Virus record (IMG/VR): IMGVR_UViG_3300036790_000128
Span: 1 to 62,294 of that record
Direction: 5' to 3' (one strand)
Origin: a virus
Taxonomy: Duplodnaviria; Caudoviricetes
DNA length: 62,294 bases
Made by a program: the position numbers and the translations under genes. Under the pieces are notes generated by a model. That model worked only from the letters and a program-made list of their open reading frames with translations, searched no databases and was not told the DNA's origin. How positions within the stretch are numbered: position 1 is the stretch's first letter; each line of letters begins with the position of its first letter. This document shows positions 43,486 to 53,807 of this stretch, piece by piece.

Positions 43486-44466
43486 ATGGCGCGAGCCAAA
43501 ACACAGAAGAACGTCAATGCCGCAAGCAAAACGCCGGTTCCGGCCGTGGCCGACAAGGTCGATCCGCCAGTCATCGCTGCCTTCAAAGGCTTCGATCAGA
43601 ACTTCCAATGCCGTAGTTTCCAGTTTGAAGTTGGCAAGACCTACGAGCATGTCGGCGCTGTCACAGTTTGTGCTAGTGGCTTTCATGCGTGCCAGTCGCC
43701 GCTTGATATATTTGATTATTATGCTCCGGGTTTGAGCCGCTATGCCAGCGTAACACAATCTGGCGAGCACGCTTTCCACGACGCCGATTCGAAGGTTGTT
43801 TCAGCCAAAATCAAGATCGAGGCTGAATTAAAGCTGCCGGATTTTATTTCGGCTGCGGTCAAGTGGATTATCGACCACTCGACGCCGGCAACAAGCAATC
43901 GCAGCACGGGCCACCGATCAGCGGCGAGCAGCACGGGCTACCAATCAGCGGCGAGCAGCACGGGCTACCAATCAGCGGCGAGCAGCACGGGCCACCAATC
44001 AGCGGCGAGCAGCACGGGCGACCGATCAGCGGCGAGCAGCACGGGCCACCAATCAGCGGCGAGCAGCACGGGCCACCGATCAGCGGCGAGCAGCACGGGC
44101 CACCAATCAGCGGCGAGCAGCACGGGCGACCGATCAGCGGCGAGCAGCACGGGCCACCAATCAGCGGCGAGCAGCACGGGCGACCGATCAGCGGCGAGCA
44201 GCACGGGCGACCAATCAGCGGCGAGCAGCACGGGCGACCAATCAGCGGCGAGCAGCACGGGCGACCAATCAGCGGCGATGGCCGCTGGACGCGACGGCCG
44301 AGCTATGGGTGAGAAGGGCTGCGCACTCTTTTTGGTTCACCGCGACGAGGAATGGAGAATCACTCACGCTTGGGCAGGAATCGTCGGGCAAAACGGCATT
44401 GAGCCTCTTGTTTGGTACACGCTCAATGAGAATGGACAGCCCGTCAAATGTGAGACTGTCCCATGA
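43486..44466 (+). CDS. Phage protein with 9-aa tandem repeats
   Basis: AFKGFD...CRSFQFEVGKTY...CASGFHAC N-terminal domain, then 14 x SSTG(H/Y/D)(R/Q)SAA. Confidence 0.85.
   Translation: MARAKTQKNVNAASKTPVPAVADKVDPPVIAAFKGFDQNFQCRSFQFEVGKTYEHVGAVTVCASGFHACQSPLDIFDYYAPGLSRYASVTQSGEHAFHDADSKVVSAKIKIEAELKLPDFISAAVKWIIDHSTPATSNRSTGHRSAASSTGYQSAASSTGYQSAASSTGHQSAASSTGDRSAASSTGHQSAASSTGHRSAASSTGHQSAASSTGDRSAASSTGHQSAASSTGDRSAASSTGDQSAASSTGDQSAASSTGDQSAAMAAGRDGRAMGEKGCALFLVHRDEEWRITHAWAGIVGQNGIEPLVWYTLNENGQPVKCETVP
43900..44277 (+). repeat. 27-bp tandem repeat, 14 copies (coding)
   Basis: Unit AGCAGCACGGGC-NAC-CRA-TCAGCGGCG. Confidence 0.95.
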
Positions 44467-44506
44467 CCTTCCTCCATCAGTTCACGCTGGCTACATCTGA
44501 CATCCA

Positions 44507-44555
44507 GTTGACCGAGTCCGGCGCCCATCCCACGAAGGCCCCATCGTGACACAAA
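44507..44555 (+). repeat. 49-bp dispersed repeat R12 (consensus copy, unpaired)
   Basis: GTTGACCGAGTCCGG-CGCCCA-TCCCACGAAGGCCCCATCGTGACACAAA. Confidence 0.92.
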
Positions 44556-44569
44556 CAGGAGTCCAGCAA

Positions 44570-45013
44570 ATGATCAACATCGACCACATCCCCGGCTCTT
44601 ACTCCGCTCCCATCGACGTGAACAAGCCGCAGCCGGCCCATAAGATAGCTCCCATGAAGATGGCCTTGGGCCGGGCGATCGCAGAACTGGGGACGCTCTA
44701 CATGACGCCGCGAGCCTGTCCCGATTTCCCGTCGATGTATCCGATCCAGCAGGACTTCGACAAGGTCGCGGAGTATCTGGAAAAGGTGGCGCTGATCATG
44801 GGAAGGCTGCTGCGATCGACAGGGATCGAGGTCAACGCCAATGCCTTGTGCGATGTAGAATTGGTGCGGTTCGCTGACGATACTTTCCTGGACTCGATCA
44901 AGGGCTGGGCCACTGACGAGTGCTATCGGGCAGGGGAAGCTGCAGCGGAAGCTTTGGAAGATGGCGGCCAGGGCGATGCTGGGGATCGGGCTTGGAATGA
45001 GCGGAGGGTGTGA
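44570..45013 (+). CDS. Hypothetical protein
   Basis: RBS CAGGAG immediately after R12. Confidence 0.6.
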   Translation: MINIDHIPGSYSAPIDVNKPQPAHKIAPMKMALGRAIAELGTLYMTPRACPDFPSMYPIQQDFDKVAEYLEKVALIMGRLLRSTGIEVNANALCDVELVRFADDTFLDSIKGWATDECYRAGEAAAEALEDGGQGDAGDRAWNERRV

Positions 45014-45258
45014 TGGTCCTTTCTTGCAGAACGTGCAACGGCGAAGGCCGCATCTTCAAATCAAAATACGGTGGCAATGATCCTGACGTGTGGGACGCCG
45101 GTCAGTGTGAAGCCTGCGAAGGCAGCGGCAATCAGACTTGCGAGGCGCGGGGTTGCACTGAAACAGCCGTGGCGTTCAATGAAGATGGCGAGGCTTTTTG
45201 TGAGGACTGCCTTGCACAATGGCATGAGGACAACAGCCAATTCGGAGTGGGAGCGTAG
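45010..45258 (+). CDS. Small zinc-finger protein (CxxCxGxG)
   Basis: CRTCNGEG, CEACEGSG, CEDC. Confidence 0.6.
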   Translation: MMVLSCRTCNGEGRIFKSKYGGNDPDVWDAGQCEACEGSGNQTCEARGCTETAVAFNEDGEAFCEDCLAQWHEDNSQFGVGA

Positions 45259-45269
45259 GTCATGAAAGA

Positions 45270-45318
45270 TTTGTGTCACGATAGGGCCATCGCGGGAGCA
45301 GCACCGGACTCGGTCAAC
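45270..45318 (-). repeat. 49-bp dispersed repeat R13
   Basis: Reverse complement GTTGACCGAGTCCGG-TGCTGC-TCCCGCGATGGCCCTATCGTGACACAAA. Confidence 0.9.
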
Positions 45319-46190
45319 ATACCGCCGCAGTTCAAGGAACGCGTCATGACCTTTGACGTTCGCACCAACCATTGGCTCAAGCCCATTCCGCTGCGGCAGT
45401 TCGATTGGGAAGCTGTCATGGACAACTACGAACTGGGTTGCCCGATAGGCTACGGTCGCACGGAGCAGGAAGCCATTGACGATTTGTTGGAGCAAATCGA
45501 GCCATGACCCGCCGCGAAGCCGCCAACGCGATCATCGCCGACCAGACGCAAGCCAACGCCACCTTATTTGCCGCGCTGCTGGAAATCCGCGACGGCCTGG
45601 CCGACACGCACTCGACGCCGGGCCAGCGCATGACGCTGATCACCAAGCGCGATGCATGGCAGATCGCCGATGTGGCGATCAAGCTGACGACAGGAGGCGC
45701 CACATGACCATCATCATCCATATCCTGATCGGCATTCCCTTCGTCGCCGCCGCCCTGTTCGGCTTCTTCGCCTGGGGATACACGCGCGGCAGCAACTACC
45801 ATCCCTACGATCCGCTCGCCGCGGAACATGAGGCCATGAAACGCGCAAGAGGCAACGGATCGCTGGCCGGAACCATCACCGAAGCTATGGAGAAGGAGAA
45901 GGAACGTGAAATTGCTTTTCGCTATCGCCGCTGAACTCGGCGCGCTTGGCTCGATCGTGCTGTTTCTGTGCATGATCGCGCTTTGGGCTGAGATCATTCC
46001 GTCGATCCACTTTCACTGAGGGAGGTGAATATGCGGGGAATTAGTAGCTCACATCAGACATTCATCGTAATTCTCGCGGCCTTGCAGTCTGCGATTCTCG
46101 ACCATGCTGCCGCGCCAGTTAATGAAAGTGCAGCCGACGATCGTCTTGATGAGGCCATGTCGGCCTTCGCGCACGACGCTAGGGTCTTTC

Positions 46191-46906
46191 CATGCTTACC
46201 CGGTTGCCACACACAAACGCTGAGACCTACTAGATGTTGACGAGAGACGAACGGCTGCAAGCCGTCAAATTCCAAGATGCCATCGGCGAAGTTGTCGATG
46301 TGTATCTACGCGAAGGCATGGACCCGGACCTCATTGCCGAGGTCCTGAAAGACGAGGCCGCCAGCGATCTACGCATGCGCCGCCTGGAATTGGAGGACGC
46401 GAAATGAGCAGATTTGGCATCGTCGCCACGCTCAAGCGCGGCATTCCCGTTCGGGGGGCTTTCTTGTGCCCGCTATGTGGGGGCGATGGAGAGATTGACC
46501 CCGTTGAATTCTCTGCCGCTGACCCAAACCCTCACAAGGACGTGTGTTGCGAATGCGGCGGCCAAGGATGGCTGCCAGACGATTGTGAGGATTGAATGAG
46601 CCCGCTCAAATGCCCCGGCGTTGGCCGCGACAAAGACTGCATCAGCGCGTTGCAGTTCTATTTTAGCCGTCGCGTTAGCGACGACGAAATGCGCTTTCTC
46701 CACGAAGTGATGCAGCGATCCGTCGCTTGTATGCCGCGACTCAGCGATCTGGTGCGCCGCCACGACTGTCCAGGTCATGTCGCATCTGAAGACGATCCGA
46801 AGGTTTGTGACAGGTGCGGTACGCACATTGATGAACTTCGGCCGCCCGATGGGGATGGACCATGACCACAACATCTAGGGCTGTGTGTCTAAACCGGATA
46901 AGCATG
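46191..46906 (+). mobile_element. Non-autonomous IS1595-type cassette with three small ORFs
   Basis: TIRs CATGCTTA(C/T)CCGGTT; 8-bp TSD GGTCTTTC at 46183-46190 and 46907-46914; ORFs 46234..46407, 46404..46595, 46596..46865. Confidence 0.88.
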
Positions 46907-46960
46907 GGTCTTTCAACGCGAGCAGGGACGTACTCATTCGTTGATTTTTCGGAAAGTTGA

Positions 46961-47791
46961 TTGAAGATCATGCACACCACCATGACCACATCCGAGATCG
47001 CCGACAAGTATATCCCGTCAGCACGCGGAGCCGTGCCGCCGACCGACAATCAGCCGCCGGCAGTCGCCATCGAAAGCGCCAAGGAAGCCCGCGAACAGAT
47101 CGGGCAATGGCTGACGGACGTGCCTGTCGTCCAGACGCTCGAACAGGCCCGCAATGCGGCAACGCAAATGCGGCTCGGCAAGACGGCGCTGGACGAACTC
47201 GAAACCGAGCGCACCACGTCCCCCCTCTACAAGGCGTGGAAGGCGTTCGATGACAAGGTGAGGGCGGCCAACAAACTCTACAAGGGCGCCAGCGATCCGA
47301 TCGCCGCACTGGTCAAGGAGGTTGACAAGCGGCTGTGGCGCTATCGTGAGGCCGAAAAGGAACGCCGCCGGCAAGAGGCCGCGGAAGCCCAGCGCAAGGC
47401 CGCCGAGCTGGCGCAACGCGCCCTGGACGCAGCCGCAGCACGCGATGAGGCCGTTGACGACGCATCCATGGGTGTCGAGACCGATGCCGGGGCGCTGATC
47501 GTCCAGGCCAACCAGCTCAATAGACGCGCTGCCCTTTCGGCTCATATCGCAGATGGCATGGTGCGCAATGCGGAGACAGTCAAAATCCGTGACGATTTCG
47601 GCGGCAGGGCCGTAGCCGCCCGCAATCCAGATGTACCGACCGTTACGGACGCCATCGCAGCTATTACCGCCATGGGGATGACGGGCAAGATCGAGGAAGC
47701 TATCGTTTCGTCGGCGCGGGACTTTTACCGGGCGCATCTGGAATGGCCCAAGGGTATTACTATCGTCAAGCAAAGGAGCATGGAGTCATGA
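46961..47791 (+). CDS. Coiled-coil protein of the recombination module (putative)
   Basis: DNQPP N-terminal motif, long helical region; start uncertain. Confidence 0.5.
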   Translation: MKIMHTTMTTSEIADKYIPSARGAVPPTDNQPPAVAIESAKEAREQIGQWLTDVPVVQTLEQARNAATQMRLGKTALDELETERTTSPLYKAWKAFDDKVRAANKLYKGASDPIAALVKEVDKRLWRYREAEKERRRQEAAEAQRKAAELAQRALDAAAARDEAVDDASMGVETDAGALIVQANQLNRRAALSAHIADGMVRNAETVKIRDDFGGRAVAARNPDVPTVTDAIAAITAMGMTGKIEEAIVSSARDFYRAHLEWPKGITIVKQRSMES

Positions 47792-48360
47792 ATACCGTAG
47801 CAATGGAACGTGAACCGCTGGTGTCGATCAAGGGCACCGTGACGGAGAAAGTAGCGGCCGCAAGCTCGCGCCAACCAGGCAAGGTGAAACTGTCCAATGG
47901 ACAATTCCTTCACGCCTTCGCCGAGAAGCTCCAGCAGATACAGCCGGGGTTGGCTTATGACTTTGGCTGTTCGCGCAGCGAGTTCAAGGGCGTCAATCAG
48001 AACACGATCCGCGCCTTCAAGCTGATTGGAGATGTAGGGCCGGCTCCCGCCAATTTCATTACGCGCGAAGAAATCGAAGCGCAGCGTCAGCCTCGTGCGG
48101 CCCAGGCTGTCCCAACCAATCTGCGGGGCGAGTATTCCGTTGTCGAGACGGCGCCCCAGCAGGCTCCCAAGGCCGCGCCGGCGGGCAATCAGTATTACCG
48201 GCCTACGGCGCCCCGCGATGCAGAGCGGATGTTTGTCTGCGCCGAACTCGGTCATTTTATTGATCGCGGCTCGATTAAGTGCGATGCTGATGAACTGGTC
48301 GAAGCCATTAATACACTGCGGTCGGCATGGCAGGCGACATTCGGAGCGGACGAGCAGTAG
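47788..48360 (+). CDS. Hypothetical protein (possible OB-fold/SSB-like)
   Basis: Beta-rich N-terminus with low-complexity linker; weak inference. Confidence 0.4.
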   Translation: MNTVAMEREPLVSIKGTVTEKVAAASSRQPGKVKLSNGQFLHAFAEKLQQIQPGLAYDFGCSRSEFKGVNQNTIRAFKLIGDVGPAPANFITREEIEAQRQPRAAQAVPTNLRGEYSVVETAPQQAPKAAPAGNQYYRPTAPRDAERMFVCAELGHFIDRGSIKCDADELVEAINTLRSAWQATFGADEQ

Positions 48361-48362
48361 AT

Positions 48363-48411
48363 TTTGTGTCACGCGGGGACAACGCGAACTGAGAGACCGG
48401 ACTCGGTCAAC
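48363..48411 (-). repeat. Dispersed repeat R14 (subtype 2)
   Basis: Reverse complement GTTGACCGAGTCCGG-TCTCTC-AGTTCGCGTTGTCCCCGCGTGACACAAA. Confidence 0.88.
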
Positions 48412-48447
48412 CACGGCTTTCGACAAAGCGCCGACAGGAGAACCAAA

Positions 48448-48972
48448 ATGCCAAACCACGTAATCAACGAAATCATCTTCCGCAATGTGGACGTGGCGAA
48501 GCAGAACGAAATGCTGATTATGATCCGAAACGGCCTTGGCGAAGTGGATTTTGAAATTCTCGTGCCGATTCCGATCAATGTGTGGCGCGGCAGCGTCGGC
48601 GCAAAACATGAAAAGGCTTTCCGACAAAACGCGCTTGATTGGGCGCGGCTGAATTGGGGGACCAAGTGGAACGCCTATGGGCAAAAGCCTATCGAGCGCA
48701 CGGATGACACATTGATCCTCCGCTTTCAAACTGCGTGGGGACCACCTTACGGGTGGCTATGCGCGATCTTCAATTTCTTCAAGCTGCCTTTTGAGCACAA
48801 CTGGTTCAGCGAAGGGCATGACCGTGGCGTCTGCGGCAAGTTCAACTGGTCGCGCATGGACGTTCTTGGCGATGATCCATGGAACGAAGAACCGGCCGAT
48901 GAGGCCATGCACCGGCATCTGCACAAGCTGTTGTGGGGTGTCGAAGAATTTTCCGGCGAAGATGCGGCCTAG
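48448..48972 (+). CDS. DUF1281/YubB ferredoxin-like fold protein
   Basis: MPNHVIN, DFEILVPIP, DWARLNWGTKWNA, FQTAWGPP. Confidence 0.75.
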   Translation: MPNHVINEIIFRNVDVAKQNEMLIMIRNGLGEVDFEILVPIPINVWRGSVGAKHEKAFRQNALDWARLNWGTKWNAYGQKPIERTDDTLILRFQTAWGPPYGWLCAIFNFFKLPFEHNWFSEGHDRGVCGKFNWSRMDVLGDDPWNEEPADEAMHRHLHKLLWGVEEFSGEDAA

Positions 48973-49223
48973 CCGCGTTGAAGACCGCGGAGTCGCAATC
49001 ATGACGAAGAACGTCAGCCTGAGCGAGCAGATTGAGCAATACGAGGATGACCGCGCGCTCCTTGATCCGATCCTGAAAGAGGCTCGCCAAGACCGCGACG
49101 AGATCAAAAAGCTACGTGCAGCCCTAACCGAAATCTCAAAGCACTACGCCAACCAAGACATGAACCACGTCGATTTCCGAGTGATGGCAAAAAATCTCGC
49201 CGACGCCGCGCTGGTGACGGAGT

Positions 49224-49242
49224 AGGCCCTCTCGTGATACAA
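49224..49242 (+). repeat. Partial dispersed repeat (outer half)
   Basis: AGGCCCTCTCGTGATACAA, compare R4 AGGCCCTCTCGTGACACAA. Confidence 0.6.
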
Positions 49243-50334
49243 TGGATTGAACATGCCGTAATGGTAATCCTGGTACTTGCGCTGATACGCAATCGCGCCA
49301 CGTTCGCTGGAACGGCTTTATGTGGCAGGACGAAACCGGGAAAGACGCCGCCGCTTAGCGTTGTCTAGGACGTAGCACCATGAACAAGATCGAAAAAGGA
49401 CTGCACCAAGCGATCGATCACGCCAAGGGAAATCCAGCCGAAGGGACGCGCGAAACGTGGTTTGACCTTGAGACTTTTAGGTGGGTCCGCAGGGTGTTCG
49501 AAAACGGAAAATGGATCGACCCTGACGCGTTAACTGGGGAACAGAGAAAATGAAAGTCTCAGATAATCTATTTTCCGATGCGATGGACGCCGCTGTGACC
49601 TCCTACTGCACGGCGCACTACCTACAGCGCGGCGACCATTCCGATCCCGAAACTTTAGCTCGGAAGCGGATTGCCGCAGCCATTCAAGCATACCTCGATG
49701 AGATTCCGCAGCCCCTGGATAACGGGGCCTCATCAGAGGGGGAGGCCGATAGCCACGGATTGCAGGACTCGGTGCCTGCCGGCCTCCCCATTTTCACTCC
49801 CTAGGACAGAGAGCCATGTCTGACGACTTCTGCTTCTATCATGGATACGAGCACATGAAATTTGATTTTGGTAATCCCGTCCCGCATTGCGCGGAGTGCC
49901 ACCGGCTAGAGGCAGAGGTCATTGCGGAGTTTGAAGCCGAACATCCCGATAACATCGCACGATGCCACATGAGCCCGGAAGAATACCGGCGCCGCATGGA
50001 TCAGAAGCTAGACGAGACGATGATCTCGGATTTGAAGAAATAATCCGCTCTTTCTTCTGCTCAATCACACGAGACCTAGCTAATGAACAAGATTCCCGCC
50101 CCTGGATCTGGAGCACTTGAAGGGGCAGTCGAAAATCATGAACTCGGCTCAGGGGAGCCGGCGGCTGCCCCGCGAATTTGTGCAACTTGCACGCACTACG
50201 CTTCGCTGTCTCCCGGCCGCTCTGCTATTTGCTTTGAACGATGGCGTAGTCAGGAATGGTTTGAGTCAGTTCCGCTGACGAAGCCAGACGATACGTGTGA
50301 AAGTTGGGCGTTAAAGACCGCAGAGTAGGAATCG

Positions 50335-50841
50335 ATGAGCAGATCGGGATACATGGACGATTGCGAACAGTGGGACCTAATCCGCTGGCGCGGCCAAGTC
50401 GCAAGCGCAATTCGCGGCAAGCGCGGCCAAGCCTTCCTGCTGGAAATGTGGCGGGCAATGCAGGCCCTTCCGGCGAAGCGACTGATTTCTGGCGAGTTGC
50501 ATGATGAGTACGACGGCAGCGTATGTGCGCTCGGCGCTGTCGGCAAGATGCGCGGCGTCGATATGTCGGCGCTAGACCCTGAGGACTACGAGAGCATTGC
50601 CGCAGCCTTCGGCATCCCGCATCAGCTCGCGCAAGAAATCATGTACGAGAACGATGAGTGTGACAGCGGAGATTACGTCGAAGCTCACGGGCCACCCCGA
50701 CCGCGCAGTTATAATCAGAGGGTTTATGTGTTTGTGCCAACTCCCCCAGAACAACGATTCGAGCGAATGAAAAAGTGGATCGAGAGCAACCTGGTTCCGG
50801 TGGAGGACGCGGCGCTCTCTCCCACAGAGTCACGATCATGA
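50335..50841 (+). CDS. Conserved phage hypothetical protein
   Basis: MSRSGY.DD...WRGQVASAIRGKRGQAFL...VCALG...EIMYEND. Confidence 0.7.
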   Translation: MSRSGYMDDCEQWDLIRWRGQVASAIRGKRGQAFLLEMWRAMQALPAKRLISGELHDEYDGSVCALGAVGKMRGVDMSALDPEDYESIAAAFGIPHQLAQEIMYENDECDSGDYVEAHGPPRPRSYNQRVYVFVPTPPEQRFERMKKWIESNLVPVEDAALSPTESRS

Positions 50842-51280
50842 ACGGACTTCTAATTGGGATCGCTCTCAACGCTTCGGTGGTTGGCCTAAACGTTGGGATG
50901 CTTTTCGCTGGTAATAATGTCTGGTTTCATGTCTTTTTGGCCGTTCTTTGTACAGGAACGACCGCACTGACATGCTTGGCAACATCTGATCGAGTCAAAG
51001 TGCTTCTCAAAAGACCTTAACACCAATAGGAACCGTAAAATGCCCTTAGAGATGAGTCTATCTGACGATCATCCGATGATGGTCGCGTGGGAAAAATACC
51101 GCGCCACTCCAGAAGCCGCCAACTCGGACAAATGGGCGCGAACGCTCGATGTGTCCGAGCCGATGCAGGGTCAAATAATCGTCGGCCATCCGCACGTCGA
51201 GGGCGCTCTTTGGGCGGCTTTTGTTGCTGGTTACGAAGCGGCGTCGAAAACGGCGCTTCCCTCTACTTAACGGCAGGACC

Positions 51281-52018
51281 ATGGGCGAAAACAGCAAAAT
51301 CGAGTGGACGGATCACACTTGGAATCCTTGGATGGGATGCACCAAGGTCGGGGCGCCTTGTGACAATTGCTATGCCGAGGACATGATGGATCATCGGTAC
51401 GGGAAGGTCCGGTGGGGCGCGGGTGAGGATCGCAAGCGGACATCGGCCGCCAATTGGAAAGAGCCGTTCAAGTGGAACCGCGTTGCCGAGGCTGAGGGTT
51501 CGCGTCCCTTCGTATTTTGCTTATCTCTCGGCGACATCTGGGACAATGAGGTCGATCCGTTGTGGCGCCGTGCTGCGTTCGACGTGATGCAGCGCACATC
51601 GAATCTAACCTACCTCCTGCTGTCCAAGCGCATCGGCAACGCCGCGAAGATGTGCGATCCCCTTTCAGGTAATCCGGCGCTTCCTACGAATGCGGCGCTG
51701 GGCGCAACATTCGGCAACCAAGAAGAATACGACCGGGACCGGATCAAGCTGAAAGACGCGGGCGAGACGCTGGGAGCCCGCTTCACATTCGCCAGCATTG
51801 AACCAATGCTTGGCCCGGTCATCTTGGATTGCAACGCGCCAGACTGGATCATCTGCGGAGGCGAGAGTGGTCGTAATGCCAGGATGATGGACCCGCAATG
51901 GGCGCGCGATCTTCGTGACGGGGCCAGACGCTTCAATCGCACATTCTTCATGAAACAGATGACCGGAAAAGCGCCGATACCGGATGACTTGCTGATACGC
52001 CAGTTTCCATCGCGTTGA
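51281..52018 (+). CDS. DUF5131 (phage Gp37/Gp68) family protein
   Basis: IEWTDHTWNPWMGCTKV...CDNCYAE, SIEPMLG, WIICGGESG, FFMKQ. Confidence 0.9.
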   Translation: MGENSKIEWTDHTWNPWMGCTKVGAPCDNCYAEDMMDHRYGKVRWGAGEDRKRTSAANWKEPFKWNRVAEAEGSRPFVFCLSLGDIWDNEVDPLWRRAAFDVMQRTSNLTYLLLSKRIGNAAKMCDPLSGNPALPTNAALGATFGNQEEYDRDRIKLKDAGETLGARFTFASIEPMLGPVILDCNAPDWIICGGESGRNARMMDPQWARDLRDGARRFNRTFFMKQMTGKAPIPDDLLIRQFPSR

Positions 52019-52317
52019 AGGAGCGATAGTGACAATGAACGAAGCAAAAAGCGGCGGCAATGCTTGTCTTTGCGGGCAAATGCTTCGAGCAGGAATTTTA
52101 CCCCATCCGTTGGACGTATGTGAATGTGGTGATTACCGCCGCGATCACGTTAATGGCAATGGGCAATGTAAGTTTTCAATCGGATCGCGAGGTGATGGCC
52201 ACAGCGGCGCGGGATGGTGCGATGAATTTCGGCTAAGCCACAACTATGAAGTCGGCGACCATGTGCCGGCGGGATTCAAACGAGGGCCGCGTCAAAGGAG
52301 CAAAGGCACAGCAGATC

Positions 52318-52366
52318 GTTGACCGAGTCCGGCGTCAATCCCACGAAGGCCCCATCGTGACACAAA
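52318..52366 (+). repeat. 49-bp dispersed repeat R15
   Basis: GTTGACCGAGTCCGG-CGTCAA-TCCCACGAAGGCCCCATCGTGACACAAA. Confidence 0.92.
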
Positions 52367-52393
52367 CCTAAACCTAACAACCGAGCAATCAAC

Positions 52394-52864
52394 ATGACAC
52401 CAACCGACAAACCCCAACGCCTTACCCGTCACGCATTCCCTGGCGCACTTCTCAAGCATCCCATGGACGTAGCAAAGCGCATCCACTTGCGCGAGGTATC
52501 AGATCGCAATCCGGTCTATCTGGAACTGATCCGTCAATGCCCGTGCCTCAACTGCGGACTCGATCCTGCGGGAGTCGCAGCCCACATTCGCTATCAATCG
52601 GCCGTCCACGGCAAGCGCGAGGGCATGAGCAGGAAGCCCAACGATAAATTCGCCGTCCCGCTCTGCGCATCGTGTCATACCGACGGGATCAAGGCCCAGC
52701 ACAAGATCGGGGAGCGCGCCTTCTGGAGCGGCGTGGGCATCGATCCGTTGTTGCTGTGCGATAGGCTTTATCCGAAACGCGGCGACCTTCTTGCGATGCG
52801 TGCGGCAGTCTATCTCGCCATAGCGGAGCGCGAGAGTCGGGCGCAGAGTTTGCCGCGGGGATGA
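52394..52864 (+). CDS. DUF968-like / HNH-like zinc-finger protein
   Basis: IRQCPCLNCG...AAHIR...KPND.FAVPLCASCH...QH..GE..FW. Confidence 0.75.
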   Translation: MTPTDKPQRLTRHAFPGALLKHPMDVAKRIHLREVSDRNPVYLELIRQCPCLNCGLDPAGVAAHIRYQSAVHGKREGMSRKPNDKFAVPLCASCHTDGIKAQHKIGERAFWSGVGIDPLLLCDRLYPKRGDLLAMRAAVYLAIAERESRAQSLPRG

Positions 52865-53807
52865 CGGCCTCCTTTACAACGCGTCCGGCACTGACAGATA
52901 GCCGTGCTTGAGCCCGTAATTGTACGCTTCGAGGACGTGTCGGATTGCCTTCGCAGCATCGCCACAAGGCAAGCCCGATGACGGACAGATGCCGAACTCG
53001 TCGGCGCAATCTCGACAACGCGGTCCGTAGCGAGCGATGTAGCTAACGACCTCCTTAGTGACCGGGATCGGCATAGATCGCTCCTTTGCTGCTAACGGTT
53101 TTCATCGAATTCAGAATAGTCCTTAGCTTCCGGGTCCCAATTGCACTTCTCACAACGGCGCTTTCCGTTGGCGCATTTCATCATCCGCTGGCGACCACAG
53201 TTGGAGCAATCGGTGCCATCGTAGTGACCGCCCCATGCCCTACGGTATGCTTCGTCCTCTGCCCAACTGTCATCAAACACGGCCGCTCCTCTACAACGTG
53301 GTCGGTCGCGAACAAAGTTTTTGCCGTAGCTGCCAGTGGCCGCGACATTGAATATCAGTTGCTGTGTATCCGGCTTCGGTGTGGCATGGAAACTCATCTG
53401 GATTGAGCGCAGCCAACTCTTTCCGCTCGGCCTTCGATATTTTGAGCCGAAACGGACAAGTCTCGCACATTTTAACGGCCCGGCGCATTCGGCTCCCTAT
53501 AAAACGAGTGGTTTATTTGGGTGCTTCGCATTGAACGCGGTGAGCACTCTTGCGATCTGTCCGGGCAACATCGTCCCGGTCGCGTCGAAGGCGTCCGGTA
53601 CGAGCTTGCGAAATTCAGCCGCTTGCCACGCCTTCTTTCGCTGATAGGCACACTCGCTCACGTTCTTAATCTCCGGCCGCTTACCATCCATGAGCCACGC
53701 ATCATCGTGCGGACAGCCCTCCGGCGGCTCCGGATCGCCCCAAAACGGGAAGGCGCTTGGATCACCGCAGACCGGACAGGCATAGCGCGGCATGATTTGC
53801 TATCTTT

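Noticed and set aside
43900-44277. CRISPR array
   Set aside because: Contiguous in-frame 27-bp units with no unique spacers, and no cas genes.
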